NCBI RefSeq assembly: GCF_000015805.1
Contig: NC_009073.1
Coordinates: 1,110,001-1,142,000 of the forward strand
Reading direction: 5' to 3'
From: Pyrobaculum calidifontis JCM 11548
GTDB lineage: Archaea; Thermoproteota; Thermoprotei; Thermoproteales; Thermoproteaceae
DNA: 32,000 nucleotides
In this document: positions 29,632 through 32,000 of the stretch, in pieces
Numbering within the stretch: position 1 is the stretch's first letter
How the letters are laid out: the number at the start of each line of letters is the position of its first letter
Notes under the pieces: generated by a model
Told to the model about the DNA's origin: nothing
The model's input: only the letters and a program-made list of their open reading frames with translations
The model's database searches: none
Translations under genes and position numbers: made by a program

Positions 29632-30767
29632 GTTGGCAGGAGGCTGTAGAGAGGGCGAGGGCGCACATTGTGCCTAGGACGTACGAGGTGTTGCAGAGGT
29701 TTGAATACGTCAGAGAGTTGGCCAAGGAGGTGAGGAAGGCGCGGGAGGAGGTGGTCAAGAACTTGGACTACTACATTGAGGAGGCGAGGAGGGCCGTGGA
29801 GCGGATAGGCGGGCGCTTCTACCTAGCCGCCACGGGGGAGGAGGCCGTTGAGACTGTGGCAAAGATCGTGGGGAGGGGCAAGGTGGTGGTAATGAGCAAG
29901 AACAACGTGGCCACGGAGACTGGGCTTAGGCAGAGGCTTGAGGCGGCGGGCAACGAGGTGTGGGAGACGGACTTGGGCGAGTTCTTGATACAGCTGGCCG
30001 GGGATGAGCCGAGCCACATACTCGCCCCCGCAGTCCACATGACCAAGGAGAGGGCGGCCGAGGTGCTTAGGCAGAGGCTTGGAATCGCCGTTCCCCCAGA
30101 GGCGGAGGCCATTGCGCAGAGGGCGAGGGAGTTTTTGAGGGAGAAGTTCCTAAGGGCAGACGTGGGGATCACAGGTGCAAACGCCATAGCCGCAGACACG
30201 GGGGCGGTGGTGCTCGTGGAAAACGAGGGCAACATTAGGATGACCACAGTGTTGCCGCCGGTCCACATAGTCTACGACGGCGTGGAGAAGGTAGTCCCCA
30301 CGCTACACCACGCCTTCATGTCCGCCATGGTGCAGTCCGCCTACGCTGGCCTCTACCCGCCCACCTACGTAAACCTCTCCGCGGGCCCGAGCTCCACGGC
30401 TGACGTGGAAATGCGCCGGGTGTCCCCCGCCCAGGGGCCGCGTGAATTCCACGTGGTGCTTGTAGACAACGGGAGGAGGAAGGCCGCCAAAGACCCAGAC
30501 CTATGGGAGGCGCTCCTCTGCATAAGGTGCGGCCGCTGCCACCTCCACTGCCCAGTCTACCTGACGCTGGGCAGAGAGTTTGGGAGGCCCCCCTACACGG
30601 GGCCCATGGGCGTGATGTGGACAGCGGTTACGCGGGGCATAGAGGAGGCCGGCCCACACGCGCTTAAGTGCGTACACGCGGGGAACTGCAGAGAGGTGTG
30701 CCCAATGTCAATAGACATCCCCAAGGTGATACACGCAATAAGGGCCAGATATCTAAGGGCGCGTTAG
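29628..30767 (+). CDS. lutB: LutB-like iron-sulfur protein (LUD/DUF162 domain plus 4Fe-4S motif)
   Basis: ATGA overlap with lutA. ETDLGEFLIQLAGDEPSHILAPAVHMTKE, ITGANAIAADTGAVVLVENEGN and CIRCGRCHLHCPVY, plus a degenerate second cluster CVHAGNCREVCP. At 379 aa it is shorter than bacterial LutB. Confidence 0.7.
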   Translation: MSWQEAVERARAHIVPRTYEVLQRFEYVRELAKEVRKAREEVVKNLDYYIEEARRAVERIGGRFYLAATGEEAVETVAKIVGRGKVVVMSKNNVATETGLRQRLEAAGNEVWETDLGEFLIQLAGDEPSHILAPAVHMTKERAAEVLRQRLGIAVPPEAEAIAQRAREFLREKFLRADVGITGANAIAADTGAVVLVENEGNIRMTTVLPPVHIVYDGVEKVVPTLHHAFMSAMVQSAYAGLYPPTYVNLSAGPSSTADVEMRRVSPAQGPREFHVVLVDNGRRKAAKDPDLWEALLCIRCGRCHLHCPVYLTLGREFGRPPYTGPMGVMWTAVTRGIEEAGPHALKCVHAGNCREVCPMSIDIPKVIHAIRARYLRAR

Positions 30768-31516
30768 CCCTTCCACTTCTTGCTCAAGAGGTTCTTCAAC
30801 GCGTCCAAGAGGAGGTAGGCGGCGTCGCCGACGTCGAGGTCGAGCCTCTTTGCAAACTCCGCCACAGCCTCCTCGGCCGCGCTCTGCATATGCCTCCTCT
30901 TCTCCACGGCGTCTGTCATGCCCCTGGCATACTCAAACTCCACGAGGGGGCCAACTGTGGCAAATCGCCTCTTCACAGGGCCGGGGCGCCTCGACCTGCC
31001 GACGTAGAGAATAGGCTTGTACTTCTCCAGCCGCCACCCGCCCTCGGTGAAATCCTCAGACGCGTATGCCGCAACTACGCGCCCCACAAATATGTCGTGG
31101 TCTCCGCCCACGTCTACCACTTGCTTAAGCTCGCACTCAATGACGGCGACTGCCTCGCCCACAGCCACGCTGGGGATCTTCCACGCCGGCACTAAGGTAA
31201 GTCCAGCACGCTCAAGCTTGTCTCTTACAACGCGGCCAGAGACGTCGCCTACAAAGGCCAGGGCATCTGCCCTGGAGAAGTCGAGGAGATTTACAGTGAA
31301 GTATCCGCTCTCTCTTACCAGCCTATAGGTGCGCCGCTCTGGGGCAATGGCCGTAATCAGGAGAGGTGGCGACATGGAGATAGACGTAGTCCACACGGCG
31401 GGCATGGCGCCTGCCTCTTCCCCAGCCTTAGCCGCTATAATGGGGACCGTGGCTGGGTAGAGCAGGTAGTGGAAAAGCTCTGCTTCAACCTCTCTAAGCA
31501 CGCCGCTCATGGCCAC
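30764..31516 (-). CDS. Flavin reductase-like (FMN-binding split-barrel) domain protein with a C-terminal extension
   Basis: PIIAAKAGEEAGAMPAVWTTSISMSPPLLITAIAPERRTYRLVRESGYFTVNLL...GDHDIFVGRVV. About 70 extra C-terminal residues. Starts at GTG 31516, directly abutting the TAG of the upstream ABC gene (or at ATG 31510). The 3' end overlaps lutB by 4 nt. Confidence 0.7.
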   Translation of the reverse strand: MAMSGVLREVEAELFHYLLYPATVPIIAAKAGEEAGAMPAVWTTSISMSPPLLITAIAPERRTYRLVRESGYFTVNLLDFSRADALAFVGDVSGRVVRDKLERAGLTLVPAWKIPSVAVGEAVAVIECELKQVVDVGGDHDIFVGRVVAAYASEDFTEGGWRLEKYKPILYVGRSRRPGPVKRRFATVGPLVEFEYARGMTDAVEKRRHMQSAAEEAVAEFAKRLDLDVGDAAYLLLDALKNLLSKKWKG

Positions 31517-32000
31517 CTAATACAAGTGGCATGCCACATAGTGTCCCCTCTTCACCTCCACTAGGGGCGGCTCTTCTCTTTCGCACTTGCCCTTTATCAC
31601 ATATGGACAACGTGGGTGAAATCTACATCCAGGCGGCGGATTTATGGGGCTCGGCGGCTCGCCCGTGAGCAAAATCTTCTTCCTACTCCTAGCCACCTTT
31701 GGATCCGGTATGGGCAGGGCAGATATGAGGGCTTGAGTGTAGGGGTGTAGTGGCTCTTTTACAATCTCCTCAGCTGGGCCCACCTCCACGACTTTCCCCA
31801 AGTACATCACGGTGATTCTATCGCTCATATACCTCACAGCCCCAATGTCGTGGCTTATGAAGAGGTACGTCAACCCCATCTGCTTTTGCAAATCCTTCAA
31901 CATGTTCAATATCTGGGCCTGTACCGACACGTCCAGCGCCGAGGTCGGCTCATCTAACACCAAAAACTTCGGCCTCAGCAACAAGGCCCTTAATATGGCT
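31517..32000 (-). CDS. Oligopeptide/dipeptide-type ABC transporter ATP-binding protein, C-terminal part (5' end beyond the right window edge)
   Basis: Walker B is FLVLDEPTSALD and the H-loop is FISHD. The Opp/Dpp C-terminal domain is also present (HPYTQALISALP...PPSPINPPPGCRFHPRCP). The frame stays open to position 32000. Confidence 0.85.
   Translation of the reverse strand, partial: AILRALLLRPKFLVLDEPTSALDVSVQAQILNMLKDLQKQMGLTYLFISHDIGAVRYMSDRITVMYLGKVVEVGPAEEIVKEPLHPYTQALISALPIPDPKVARSRKKILLTGEPPSPINPPPGCRFHPRCPYVIKGKCEREEPPLVEVKRGHYVACHLY

Noticed and set aside
1-32000. Search for CRISPR arrays, tRNA/rRNA genes, IS elements, integrases and C/D-box sRNAs
   Set aside because: There are no regularly spaced direct repeats, no T-arm-like GGTTCGAATCC or its complement, and no transposase- or integrase-like ORF. 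UGAUGA-type C boxes occur only as isolated strings inside CDSs (4962-4967 plus strand; 7714-7719 and 28563-28568 minus strand), without a CUGA D box at sRNA-compatible distance.

Overview
High-GC, tightly packed archaeal chromosome segment. Several traits suggest a Thermoproteales (Pyrobaculum/Thermoproteus-like) crenarchaeon; this is inference, with no database search possible. The traits are TATA boxes about 25-30 nt upstream of start codons (leaderless geometry), many 4-nt ATGA/GTGA gene junctions, a TrpB2-type tryptophan synthase beta chain and an archaeal-type ~815-aa malate synthase. From left to right the window holds: a partial DUF6884-like gene, uppP, and an mntH/DtxR-family metal pair. 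Next comes a dispersed tryptophan gene set (trpF on the minus strand, trpB2, trpD-E-G-A, trpC), interrupted by non-Trp inserts. Those inserts are a compositionally mixed ~4 kb insert at 4147-8200, a YhhQ/VUT transporter, and a low-GC island carrying a 620-aa orphan at 14890-17544. After that come CDF and CaCA cation transporters, then a large 2-hydroxyacid/glyoxylate block. That block contains a GlcD paralog with a stand-alone 2x[4Fe-4S] protein, glcD-E-F, an AT-rich Nramp-fold-like permease, and malate synthase fused translationally to LutA/LutB-like genes. The window ends with a flavin-reductase-domain gene and a partial Opp/Dpp-type ABC ATPase. I found no rRNA, tRNA, CRISPR array, recognisable IS/transposase or integrase. 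The best candidate for an undescribed system is the translationally coupled three-gene cassette at 4733-7487 (RNase H-like? / P-loop NTPase / helical protein), which sits inside the insert that splits the trp genes. Secondary candidates are the 620-aa low-GC orphan with two LAGLIDADG-like motifs, the motif-less Nramp-like permease in the glycolate cluster, and the aceB-lutA-lutB fusion operon. All family calls come from motif recognition by eye, and all start codons are predictions.
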